Made by a program: the position numbers and the translations under genes
Part shown: one piece after another, positions 20,208 through 28,698 of the stretch
Layout: each line of letters begins with the position of its first letter
How positions within the stretch are numbered: the stretch's first letter is position 1
The notes under the pieces: generated by a model
Told to the model about the DNA's origin: nothing
The model's input: only the letters and a program-made list of their open reading frames with translations
The model's database searches: none
NCBI RefSeq assembly: GCF_034927365.1
Contig: NZ_JAYFQD010000010.1
Coordinates: forward strand, 160,142-224,141
From: Proteiniphilum sp.
Lineage (GTDB): Bacteria; Bacteroidota; Bacteroidia; Bacteroidales; Dysgonomonadaceae
DNA length: 64,000 nucleotides
Direction of reading: 5' to 3'

Positions 20208-21453
20208 TAAAAAAAGTATGGATAAATTCTTAATATTCATTGTGTGCGGTTTACTCATTCCTTTATCCTCCTCCGCACAGAAGATACGGGTGAAGACGGG
20301 GATCGAGGTGTTGAAAGAATCTAATTTCAGAATATTACAGGGAAAACGTGTGGGATTGATCACCAATCCGACGGGGGTCGATAATAACCTGAAATCAACC
20401 ATCGATATCCTGCATGAAGCACCCAACGTGCAACTCGTAGCTCTTTATGGTCCTGAACATGGCGTACGGGGAGATGTACATGCCGGTGATAAGATCGACT
20501 CATTTATCGATCCCAATACCGGCGTACCGGTTCATTCCCTCTACGGAGCGACTCGAAAACCCACCCAAAAGATGTTAGAAGGCATCGATGTACTGGTATA
20601 TGATATTCAGGATATCGGATGCCGTTCCTATACCTATATTTCTACCATGTATCTCGCCATGCAGGCTGCGGCAGAGAATGATATCGAATTCGTGGTGCTC
20701 GACCGTCCGAACCCGTTGGGTGGACTGAAAGTAGAAGGTAATCTGGTGGAAGATGGATTCTTCTCTTTCGTAAGCCAACTCCCGATTCCTTATGTGTACG
20801 GACTTACCTGTGGTGAGCTGGCTGAAATGATTATAGGGAAAAAGATGATTTCCGATCCCTGTAAACTCACTGTGGTAAAGATGAAAAAATGGCAGCGAAA
20901 GATGAATTTCGAAGATACAGGTCTGCCTTGGATACCCACCTCTCCACATATCCCGTTTGCCCATTCAGCCTATTTTTACCCGGTATCCGGTATCTTGGGA
21001 GAATTGGGATATATGTCCATCGGCGTGGGTTATACACTCCCCTTCGAAATGTTTGCTGCCGAATGGATCAATGCCGAAGAATTCTCTCGAACCCTGAATG
21101 CAAAACGTCTCCCGGGAATTACTTTTCGTCCAATCCATTTGAAACCATACTACGCAGTTGGACAAGGGACTAATTTTCAAGGAGTACAGGTATACCTGAC
21201 CGATTTCAGCAAAGCACGCTTGTCGGATATCCAGTTCCATGTGATGGAAGTCGCCGCTCAGCTCTACCCCGATAAAAAAGTGTTTGATCACGCTCCTGAA
21301 AACCGATTCAATATGTTCGACAAAGTGAGTGGCAGCGATTTTATCCGTACAGAATTTTCAAAAAATCATCGTTTCACCGATATTCAGTCCTACTGGACCA
21401 AAGATGAAGAATCATTCAGAAAATTGTCGAAGAAATATTATCTTTACAAATAA
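20197..21453 (+). CDS. namZ: DUF1343 family exo-beta-N-acetylmuramidase (NamZ-like), secreted
   Basis: Signal peptide. GLITNPTGVD...LYGPEHGVRGD and the overall DUF1343 layout. Sits immediately upstream of the MurT/K/Q genes as in T. forsythia. 418 aa. Confidence 0.75.
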   Translation: MVLNKKSMDKFLIFIVCGLLIPLSSSAQKIRVKTGIEVLKESNFRILQGKRVGLITNPTGVDNNLKSTIDILHEAPNVQLVALYGPEHGVRGDVHAGDKIDSFIDPNTGVPVHSLYGATRKPTQKMLEGIDVLVYDIQDIGCRSYTYISTMYLAMQAAAENDIEFVVLDRPNPLGGLKVEGNLVEDGFFSFVSQLPIPYVYGLTCGELAEMIIGKKMISDPCKLTVVKMKKWQRKMNFEDTGLPWIPTSPHIPFAHSAYFYPVSGILGELGYMSIGVGYTLPFEMFAAEWINAEEFSRTLNAKRLPGITFRPIHLKPYYAVGQGTNFQGVQVYLTDFSKARLSDIQFHVMEVAAQLYPDKKVFDHAPENRFNMFDKVSGSDFIRTEFSKNHRFTDIQSYWTKDEESFRKLSKKYYLYK

Positions 21454-21501
21454 TATCAGGTCCAATTAAAATTATCCGATCAAGACGCTATCATATTAAT
21501 A

Positions 21502-22674
21502 ATGAATACAATAATCGCATCTAAACAAAGTGGGCGTTTGCTATCGCTCGATATTCTCCGGGGAATCACCATCGCCGGTATGATCATGGTGAACAATCCC
21601 GGTTCATGGAATTATACCTATGCTCCCCTCCACCATGCACATTGGCATGGGCTTACTCCCACCGATCTGGTATTCCCGTTTTTCATGTTTATCATGGGGG
21701 TATCCACTTTCATGTCGTTGCGGAAATTCCACTTCGAGCCATCCAAAGCCGCCATCTGGAAAATTGTACGGCGTACCATTCTTATTTTTGTGATCGGACT
21801 GGCATTGGGCTGGTTCGGACAACTATGCAGAGGTCTTGCCTCTGGAGAATCGTTCACACAAGCAGCCACCCATTTCGATACTTTGCGGATATTGGGTGTG
21901 TTGCAACGATTGGCCTTGTCATACGGTTTCGCCGCGCTTATTGCCATATTTGTAAAAAGTAAGTATTTATCGTGGTTAACGGCTCTATTGCTACTGGTAT
22001 ATTTTCTGATACTACAATTCGGGAAAGGTTTCGAGATGTCGGAACAAAATATCATAGCCATGATCGACAAGGCGTTATGGGGTACAGATCACATGTATAA
22101 AGACTACACCCCGTCAGGGGAACAAATAGCACTCGATCCGGAAGGATTGCTCAGCACACTTCCCTCCATCGCCCATGTATTGATCGGATTCCTTTTTGGT
22201 AAACTGATCGTCAACAATAAGGATAACCATACCCGCGTGGAAAAATTGCTGATATGGGGTACTATCCTGGCGTTCTCAGGGTTGTTGTTGCAATACGGCT
22301 GCCCTATCAACAAAAAAATATGGAGTCCCACCTTCGTCCTGACGACCACCGGATTTGCTGCACAGTTGTTGGGATTGCTGATATGGATCATTGACATTCA
22401 TAAAAGAGAGCGATGGAGCCGTTTTTTCCATGCCTTCGGCGTAAACCCACTGATCGTATACGTGTTCGCGGGGGTGCTCGCCACACTGGTATCCAACATC
22501 AGGTTTGGTTGGCAAGGTGAATCCATCTCCATCAAACAGTTTGTTTACCATTCGCTGTTGCAACCCTGGGCCGGTAACTATTTCGGATCACTCCTCTATG
22601 CGCTCCTGTTTATCTCCGTTTGCTGGCTCTTTGGATATATCCTCTACAAACGGAATATATATATCAAATTATAG
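21502..22674 (+). CDS. MurT-position membrane protein of the HGSNAT / DUF1624 family
   Basis: RLLSLDILRGITIAGMIMVNNPGSW...AHWHGLTPTDLVFPFFMFIMGVS closely parallels the conserved HGSNAT N-terminal motif RL.S.D..RG......VN.......F.HA.W.GLT.ADLVFP.F.FIMG.S. About 11 TM segments. 390 aa. Confidence 0.7.
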   Translation: MNTIIASKQSGRLLSLDILRGITIAGMIMVNNPGSWNYTYAPLHHAHWHGLTPTDLVFPFFMFIMGVSTFMSLRKFHFEPSKAAIWKIVRRTILIFVIGLALGWFGQLCRGLASGESFTQAATHFDTLRILGVLQRLALSYGFAALIAIFVKSKYLSWLTALLLLVYFLILQFGKGFEMSEQNIIAMIDKALWGTDHMYKDYTPSGEQIALDPEGLLSTLPSIAHVLIGFLFGKLIVNNKDNHTRVEKLLIWGTILAFSGLLLQYGCPINKKIWSPTFVLTTTGFAAQLLGLLIWIIDIHKRERWSRFFHAFGVNPLIVYVFAGVLATLVSNIRFGWQGESISIKQFVYHSLLQPWAGNYFGSLLYALLFISVCWLFGYILYKRNIYIKL

Positions 22675-22787
22675 TGATAATACGCTTTGCTCAATGGCCT
22701 GACAGGAACGCCAAAGGGATATACGCTTCGTATGATAGAAGGATAGTGTGCCAAATACGATAGAAGGATAACCTCTTTTGTAATAGG

Positions 22788-23648
22788 ATGATAATCGCTA
22801 TGAAGATAGAAAAATTGGATATTTTAATTGCCGACAGTGGCTCGACAAAAACGGACTGGTGCCTCACAAAAAACGGAGAGGTCATACAGCGTTTTTCCGG
22901 AGAAGGGATCAATCCGGTATTTCAAACAGGAGAAGAAATTGCAGAGGAGATCAGATTACATGTGCACCCTTCTTTAAAAGAAGCCGATATCGGAGCAGTG
23001 TATTTCTACGGAGCGGGATGTATTCCTGAGAAAACGGCGCTGGTACGCGACGCCATTCATCAATCATTTCCTATAGAAACCATTCAGGTATACAGTGATC
23101 TGATAGCCGCTGCCCACAGCCTTTGCGGGTACAAAGCAGGGATTGCATGTATCCTGGGAACCGGGAGCAATTCCTGTGAATGGAATGGTTCTGTCATTGT
23201 GAAACAGATATCCCCACTCGGTTTTATCCTGGGCGACGAAGGAAGTGGAGCTGTATTGGGAAAACAGTTGGTAGGCGATGCTCTGAAGAACCAACTCACA
23301 GAAGGACTGAAAGAGAAACTGCTCGAAGAGTACGAACTCACTCCCACACTCCTGATTGAGAAGGTATACCGGCAACCATTCCCAAACCGTTTTCTGGCAA
23401 GCCTCTCTCCCTTTTTACTCAAGCATATCGATGATCTGAGTATCCGACAGATCGTTATCAATAGTTTTTCAGGATTTTTTGAAAGAAACGTGATGCAATA
23501 TGATTATCGAAAAAATAGCGTTAATTTTGTGGGATCCATTGCATGGTACTTTTCCGATGTACTGAAAGAGGTGGCACTTGAAAAAGAAATTGAGATCGGA
23601 ACGATCGTCCAGTCTCCCATGTCGGGACTGATTGAGTATCATCGCTGA
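22788..23648 (+). CDS. BadF/BadG/BcrA/BcrD-type sugar kinase (MurNAc/GlcNAc kinase, MurK-like)
   Basis: ILIADSGSTKTDWCL N-terminal ATPase motif. 286 aa. Lies between the MurT-position gene and murQ. Confidence 0.7.
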   Translation: MIIAMKIEKLDILIADSGSTKTDWCLTKNGEVIQRFSGEGINPVFQTGEEIAEEIRLHVHPSLKEADIGAVYFYGAGCIPEKTALVRDAIHQSFPIETIQVYSDLIAAAHSLCGYKAGIACILGTGSNSCEWNGSVIVKQISPLGFILGDEGSGAVLGKQLVGDALKNQLTEGLKEKLLEEYELTPTLLIEKVYRQPFPNRFLASLSPFLLKHIDDLSIRQIVINSFSGFFERNVMQYDYRKNSVNFVGSIAWYFSDVLKEVALEKEIEIGTIVQSPMSGLIEYHR

Positions 23649-23743
23649 TTAGTCAAGAAGTTGGAAATTAGAAGTTAGAATTGGAATTGGAACTTTTCCA
23701 ATTCAGCGTATTATCACATCAGTAAATCATTACGTCAAACAAC

Positions 23744-24562
23744 ATGTCTTTTATCAAAATAACAGAGCAGGCGTCACTTTACGACAACCCGGAACAGAAA
23801 CCGGTTCTCGAAATTCTCACAGACATTAACACGGAAGATCAGAAAGTAGCGCTCGCAGTACAGAAGACTATTCCGGAGATAGAAAAGCTGGTGACAGGCA
23901 TCGTTACGAGGATGCAACGTGGAGGGAGGCTTTTCTATATTGGCGCCGGTACGAGTGGCAGGCTTGGTGTACTCGATGCATCCGAAGTGCCTCCCACTTT
24001 CGGCATGCCTAACACCTATGTAATCGGTCTGATTGCCGGAGGAGATACAGCGTTGCGCAATCCCGTAGAAGCGGCAGAGGACAACCTGGACAAAGCGTGG
24101 GAAGAACTTACAGCACATAATATCAATCAAAATGATGTATTGGTAGGCATTGCAGCCTCGGGCACCACCCCTTACGTGATAGGCGCATTGCGTCGGGCAC
24201 GTGAAAAGGGAATCCTCACTGCGGCCATCTGTTGTAATCCCGATTCACCTGTCGCAGCAGAAGCAGAAATCAAAATAGAACCCATTGTAGGATCCGAATA
24301 CGTGACGGGCAGCACCCGGATGAAAGCAGGAACAGCACAAAAGATGGTTCTCAATATGATCACTACCACTACCATGATCAAGTTGGGAAGAGTGAAAGGC
24401 AACCGTATGGTCAATATGCAGCTCACCAATCAAAAGTTAGTCGACAGGGGTACACGCATGCTTGTGGATGAATTGGCACTCCCCTATGATCAGGCAAAAA
24501 ACCTGTTGCTGCTCCACGGATCAGTCAAGAATGCAATCAACAACTATTCGAAAGAGAAATAA
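23744..24562 (+). CDS. murQ: N-acetylmuramic acid 6-phosphate etherase
   Basis: SIS domain GGRLFYIGAGTSGRLGVLDASEVPPTFG, GIAASGTTPYV, ...GSTRMKAGTAQKMVLNMITT. 272 aa. Confidence 0.92.
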   Translation: MSFIKITEQASLYDNPEQKPVLEILTDINTEDQKVALAVQKTIPEIEKLVTGIVTRMQRGGRLFYIGAGTSGRLGVLDASEVPPTFGMPNTYVIGLIAGGDTALRNPVEAAEDNLDKAWEELTAHNINQNDVLVGIAASGTTPYVIGALRRAREKGILTAAICCNPDSPVAAEAEIKIEPIVGSEYVTGSTRMKAGTAQKMVLNMITTTTMIKLGRVKGNRMVNMQLTNQKLVDRGTRMLVDELALPYDQAKNLLLLHGSVKNAINNYSKEK

Positions 24563-24573
24563 ACCCTTACAAT

Positions 24574-24915
24574 ATGGCAATTATCATTCATACGGATTAC
24601 CCCGATCTTTTGTTGGATAAGATCTATGATGCAATAGAAAAAAAGAAAGCGGATAAATGGGTATGCACTTCTGAAGGACTTCTCACTTACGGAACCCTAT
24701 TATGGAAAAACGAAGCATTCTTCAAGCCGGAGATCTGGGTGGACGATAAACAACTCCGTTTCGGATTGCTAAAAAGAAAAGACAGGAAACATATCTCATC
24801 GAAACTTTATACTGCTTTTCATACCAAATTGGTTGAGATGTTGCTTTCCCATTTCGACAGAGATTTCCGGAATGTTACTACTACGGCCGCACGTACCGAT
24901 CCCGACCGTTTTTAG
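24574..24915 (+). CDS. hypothetical protein
   Basis: 113-aa ORF, 12 bp after murQ, same strand. No motif recognised. Confidence 0.4.
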   Translation: MAIIIHTDYPDLLLDKIYDAIEKKKADKWVCTSEGLLTYGTLLWKNEAFFKPEIWVDDKQLRFGLLKRKDRKHISSKLYTAFHTKLVEMLLSHFDRDFRNVTTTAARTDPDRF

Positions 24916-24953
24916 TTCTTCATTTTTAATTTTTCACTTTTCAGTTTATAATT

Positions 24954-25775
24954 ATGACTCGAATTTCAATACTTCTGCTGCTTCTCGTAACATTGATACC
25001 TGCCATAGGACAGGAAACAGAATACAAAACACTTTCCAATATTCCCTATTACGCTGAAGAGATACGTTCGCAAGACAGCTACATCAGCGAGAGATGTGTA
25101 CTCGATATCTATTATCCGGTAAACAAAAAAGATTTCACCACCGTTGTCTGGTTCCATGGTGGAGGTCTTACAGGAGGGAGTAAAGAGCTACCTGATGCAC
25201 TCAAGAACAAAGACTTATGTATTATCGGCGTCAATTACCGCCTTGCCCCCCGGGTAAAAGCTCCGGCCTATATTGAAGATGCAGCGGCAGCTGTTGCCTG
25301 GGCTTTCAAGAATATTGAAAGTTACGGAGGTAATACCTCACGCATCTTCGTGTCGGGACATTCTGCCGGTGGCTACCTGGCCATGATGATCGGACTGGAC
25401 AAGCAATACCTTGCGGCTCATGGTATCGATGCCAACCGTATTGCCGGATTGATTCCTTTTAGCGGACAGGCCATCACTCATTTTACAATACGAAAGGAAA
25501 ACAATATCAATGATAAGCAACCAGTAGTAGACAAATATGCTCCACTTTTTCATGTCCGTGCCGATGCACCTCCCATGCTGTTGATCACAGGAGATCGTGA
25601 ACATGAATTGTTGGGACGTTACGAGGAGAACGCTTATCTCTATCGTATGATGAAAGTGGCCGGACACTATCATACCCGTTTGCTCGAATTGCAAGGCTAC
25701 GGTCACGACATGGCTTACCCGGCATTTCCATTGTTATTGAACGAGATAGCACGTATCATCCGGGAGAAAAGATAG
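24954..25775 (+). CDS. alpha/beta-hydrolase esterase (HGGG oxyanion motif; AADAC/HSL-like), secreted
   Basis: Signal peptide. VVWFHGGGLTGGS oxyanion hole. Nucleophile elbow VSGHSAGGYLA. Catalytic His near GYGHDM. 273 aa. Confidence 0.8.
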   Translation: MTRISILLLLLVTLIPAIGQETEYKTLSNIPYYAEEIRSQDSYISERCVLDIYYPVNKKDFTTVVWFHGGGLTGGSKELPDALKNKDLCIIGVNYRLAPRVKAPAYIEDAAAAVAWAFKNIESYGGNTSRIFVSGHSAGGYLAMMIGLDKQYLAAHGIDANRIAGLIPFSGQAITHFTIRKENNINDKQPVVDKYAPLFHVRADAPPMLLITGDREHELLGRYEENAYLYRMMKVAGHYHTRLLELQGYGHDMAYPAFPLLLNEIARIIREKR

Positions 25776-25832
25776 TTTTCCTTCTGAAACAGATTTATTT
25801 TGGCTACCTTTGTGAGTTAAAATAAAGATGAT

Positions 25833-26957
25833 ATGCTAACAAACGTCTGTCTCAAGGAGACCGAAGAGTTGTATGCCACCCCTATTTTGCAGCAAACGGC
25901 TTTCTGGTCTGAAGTAAAAACATCGCTGGGAGCCAACACCCTTGCCGTCAACTTCACATCTCAAAATCCGGATCTCTTCCCGGGATTGAGCAACCAGTCA
26001 TATATAAAATCAGATTTGCTGGTCATTTTACAGCAGATCAACCGCAACCACTCCGTGGCATATGTTCCTTATGGACCGGAAGTTGAACCGCAAGACGAGT
26101 TCCAGGGAGTCTTTCTGGAAGAACTCTCAGAGTCTCTCCGCTCCATCCTTCCCTCCAATTGTATCCTCATTCGTTACGATCTGTGTTGGGAATCATATTG
26201 GGCCAGAGAGAAGGATCATTTCGACGAAAATGGAATATGGAAAGGAGAACCGGAAAGCCATTCACAGGAATTCCGTTTTAATTTCAATACCCATAACTGG
26301 AATTTCAAAAAGGCACATTCCAATATATTGCCGGCCAACACCATCTACCTTGATCTGACTCACGAAAGGGAAACTCTCCTGGAGAGGATGAAACCCAAAA
26401 CGCGTTACAATATCAGGTTAGCACAACGAAAAGGGGTAACAGTCAGGTCAATGGGTATGGAAGGGATGGATATATGGTATGGCCTTTATAAAGAGACGGC
26501 GATAAGAAATCATCTACTTCTGAACGATATGAAGTACTTCCGGGCGGTTCTCGACGCACGGGCAGAGCACAGCAGTTCACCGGCGGACGTAAGCCTAATG
26601 ATAGCCGAATATGAGGACAAACCATTGGCAGCCATGTTCCTGGTCATTACCGGCCACAGAGGGTCATACCTTTACGGTGCCTCCTCATCCCTGTATCGTA
26701 ATCTAATGGCAACATATGCATTACAATGGGAAGCAATCATGAAATCACAACTGGCCGGCTGTACCGAGTATGATATGTTCGGCATCTCTCCTACTCCCGA
26801 TCCGCAACATCCGCTCTACGGACTATATAAGTTCAAATCGGGATTTGGAGGTGATATCTACCACAGTCTTGGCTGCTGGGATTATCCACTGGATAAAGAG
26901 AGCTACACCCTCTTTCGTGCATCAGAACTTGGCAGCCAGGGATACCATTTAAGTTAA
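25833..26957 (+). CDS. FemAB-family (Acetyltransf_6 / Fem-like) protein
   Basis: MKPKTRYNIRLAQRKGVTVR (FemABX K..R..IRKA.K.G motif), ...FLVITGHRGSYLYGASS..., YKFKSGFGG. 374 aa. Confidence 0.6.
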   Translation: MLTNVCLKETEELYATPILQQTAFWSEVKTSLGANTLAVNFTSQNPDLFPGLSNQSYIKSDLLVILQQINRNHSVAYVPYGPEVEPQDEFQGVFLEELSESLRSILPSNCILIRYDLCWESYWAREKDHFDENGIWKGEPESHSQEFRFNFNTHNWNFKKAHSNILPANTIYLDLTHERETLLERMKPKTRYNIRLAQRKGVTVRSMGMEGMDIWYGLYKETAIRNHLLLNDMKYFRAVLDARAEHSSSPADVSLMIAEYEDKPLAAMFLVITGHRGSYLYGASSSLYRNLMATYALQWEAIMKSQLAGCTEYDMFGISPTPDPQHPLYGLYKFKSGFGGDIYHSLGCWDYPLDKESYTLFRASELGSQGYHLS

Positions 26958-27022
26958 ATCCCTACCCACCGTATTGAAATCAAAATTCCTGTTTTATTCA
27001 GCACAATAATACATTCTAATTA

Positions 27023-28657
27023 TTATCTTTTCCGCGACATTGAGGATGTGGGACGGCTGTTGAGTTCTGGCAATTCCATATCCACCAATGAACGTGCCCG
27101 AATGGAATAAATTTTCTCTGAAAACCCGTCACTATCCCAAAATAAACGCCCCTGTCCATTTTCAATATATTCATCATAGGGATCTCCTTTGTCATCAAGC
27201 ATAAACAGTGCTGTGTACATATCTTTGATACCATCAGCATCCAAAGTTCCCGAATAGACTTCAACAAGTTTAAGTTGAAGGCCTCTGGAACTCGTACGTG
27301 CAATCTCCACAAAAATTGTAAATTTGTTTCCGCTACCAATGATAAATCCTCCCAGCCCTTCCCCTTTTGAAGAACCAGTTACATAATCCACCTGAATAGT
27401 CAATTGGCTGTTATTCTGATTGGAAAACGTAATCATTTTATCCGCAAAGACTTCCCCTATTTCAAAATCATCAGGTATATTGGTTTGTATCAATGTAAGC
27501 GGAGATATCAGGTAAGCTCCCGTCAGTGACGGAGGTGTATTCCCTCCATTGACAATCATCCCCAATCTTTCAATTTCATCGAATAATTCTTCCGGGATTA
27601 AATTTTTTATATCTTCAGTCAGCCCCTTTTCATCCACTACCGGTAACTCTTCGGACACAAAATCATCATCCGTCAGGGTTAAACGGTTTCCATTCCACAC
27701 GCCATAAAGATGATATGCACGTCCGGCACGCATCGGGAATTGTTTGGCAGAATTGGTGTTGACAGAAATTATATCATTATTTGATTCACTGCCTTCCGGC
27801 AAAATCATTCTCAAAGCTGTTTCAGGCAAGTTTACATTTTTAGGGAATAACCACGAAGTGACAGATACGGTAAATCCTTGTGATATTTTGAGGCCTCTCG
27901 GTTGATTCTTAAAATGATCCCATAAAGTAGCCGAATTAAAGAGTGGCACTATTTCCACTTTTCCGGTCATAGGATTAAAAAATGGCTGCATGAATTTATC
28001 ATTGACCACCTCAGGATAATATAGCCATGGCATGTCATATTCTTTGCTACTTACCAGACCAAGAGCATCTATCGTAAGCATCCGATTAGATGTATTCTTC
28101 AAGTGGGTTATCTGCACGGCACCCAAATGGTCAAAATTCACAGACAGATTTGCAGTGCTGGCTTTAGCTATATTAGCCTTAAACCATACCGGTATTGAAA
28201 TATTTTCCATCCTGTGGGTAAACTCCGGGGATATATCGGCAAGGATTTTCCCGTCGATGATACTCACGCCCTTATTTCTCACACCACTGAAACCATAAAT
28301 ATCAAAAGATTTACCTATATCAATATCCTGGGGAATTCCAATCCTGAAAGAGCTTTGCTTTCCATTGGCCGATATGTTGGATATGGGTACTTCTCCGGCT
28401 TCTATCTTAGTTTCACCTTGTACGAAAAAAAGGCTTACTTTGTCTGTTTCATTCCATTTTGCACTTAGATTGAGGCTCCCGGGGATCTCTTCAAGACCTA
28501 TACGTGTAGTGGCTTCATCATCAGGCGGCATGAATGCCGTTAGGGTAAGCATACGTTCTTTGGTTTCCGTTTGGTGGTCCGACACGATATCGTTATCGTC
28601 GCATCCTATAAACAATATGCCTATTACAAAAATTATTGAATATACTATTTTTTTCAT
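27023..28657 (-). CDS. hypothetical lipoprotein
   Basis: Lipobox IGILFIGCDDND. 544 aa with no recognisable catalytic motif. Immediately downstream of the astacin lipoprotein on the same strand. Confidence 0.55.
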   Translation of the reverse strand: MKKIVYSIIFVIGILFIGCDDNDIVSDHQTETKERMLTLTAFMPPDDEATTRIGLEEIPGSLNLSAKWNETDKVSLFFVQGETKIEAGEVPISNISANGKQSSFRIGIPQDIDIGKSFDIYGFSGVRNKGVSIIDGKILADISPEFTHRMENISIPVWFKANIAKASTANLSVNFDHLGAVQITHLKNTSNRMLTIDALGLVSSKEYDMPWLYYPEVVNDKFMQPFFNPMTGKVEIVPLFNSATLWDHFKNQPRGLKISQGFTVSVTSWLFPKNVNLPETALRMILPEGSESNNDIISVNTNSAKQFPMRAGRAYHLYGVWNGNRLTLTDDDFVSEELPVVDEKGLTEDIKNLIPEELFDEIERLGMIVNGGNTPPSLTGAYLISPLTLIQTNIPDDFEIGEVFADKMITFSNQNNSQLTIQVDYVTGSSKGEGLGGFIIGSGNKFTIFVEIARTSSRGLQLKLVEVYSGTLDADGIKDMYTALFMLDDKGDPYDEYIENGQGRLFWDSDGFSEKIYSIRARSLVDMELPELNSRPTSSMSRKR

Positions 28658-28698
28658 TTCGATTCCTCTTTATATTTTGTTACACAACAAATAGAAGA

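Noticed and set aside
19908-20212. CRISPR array
   Set aside because: Repeat units are 8-15 bp, directly tandem, with no unique spacers of 25-40 bp and no cas genes.
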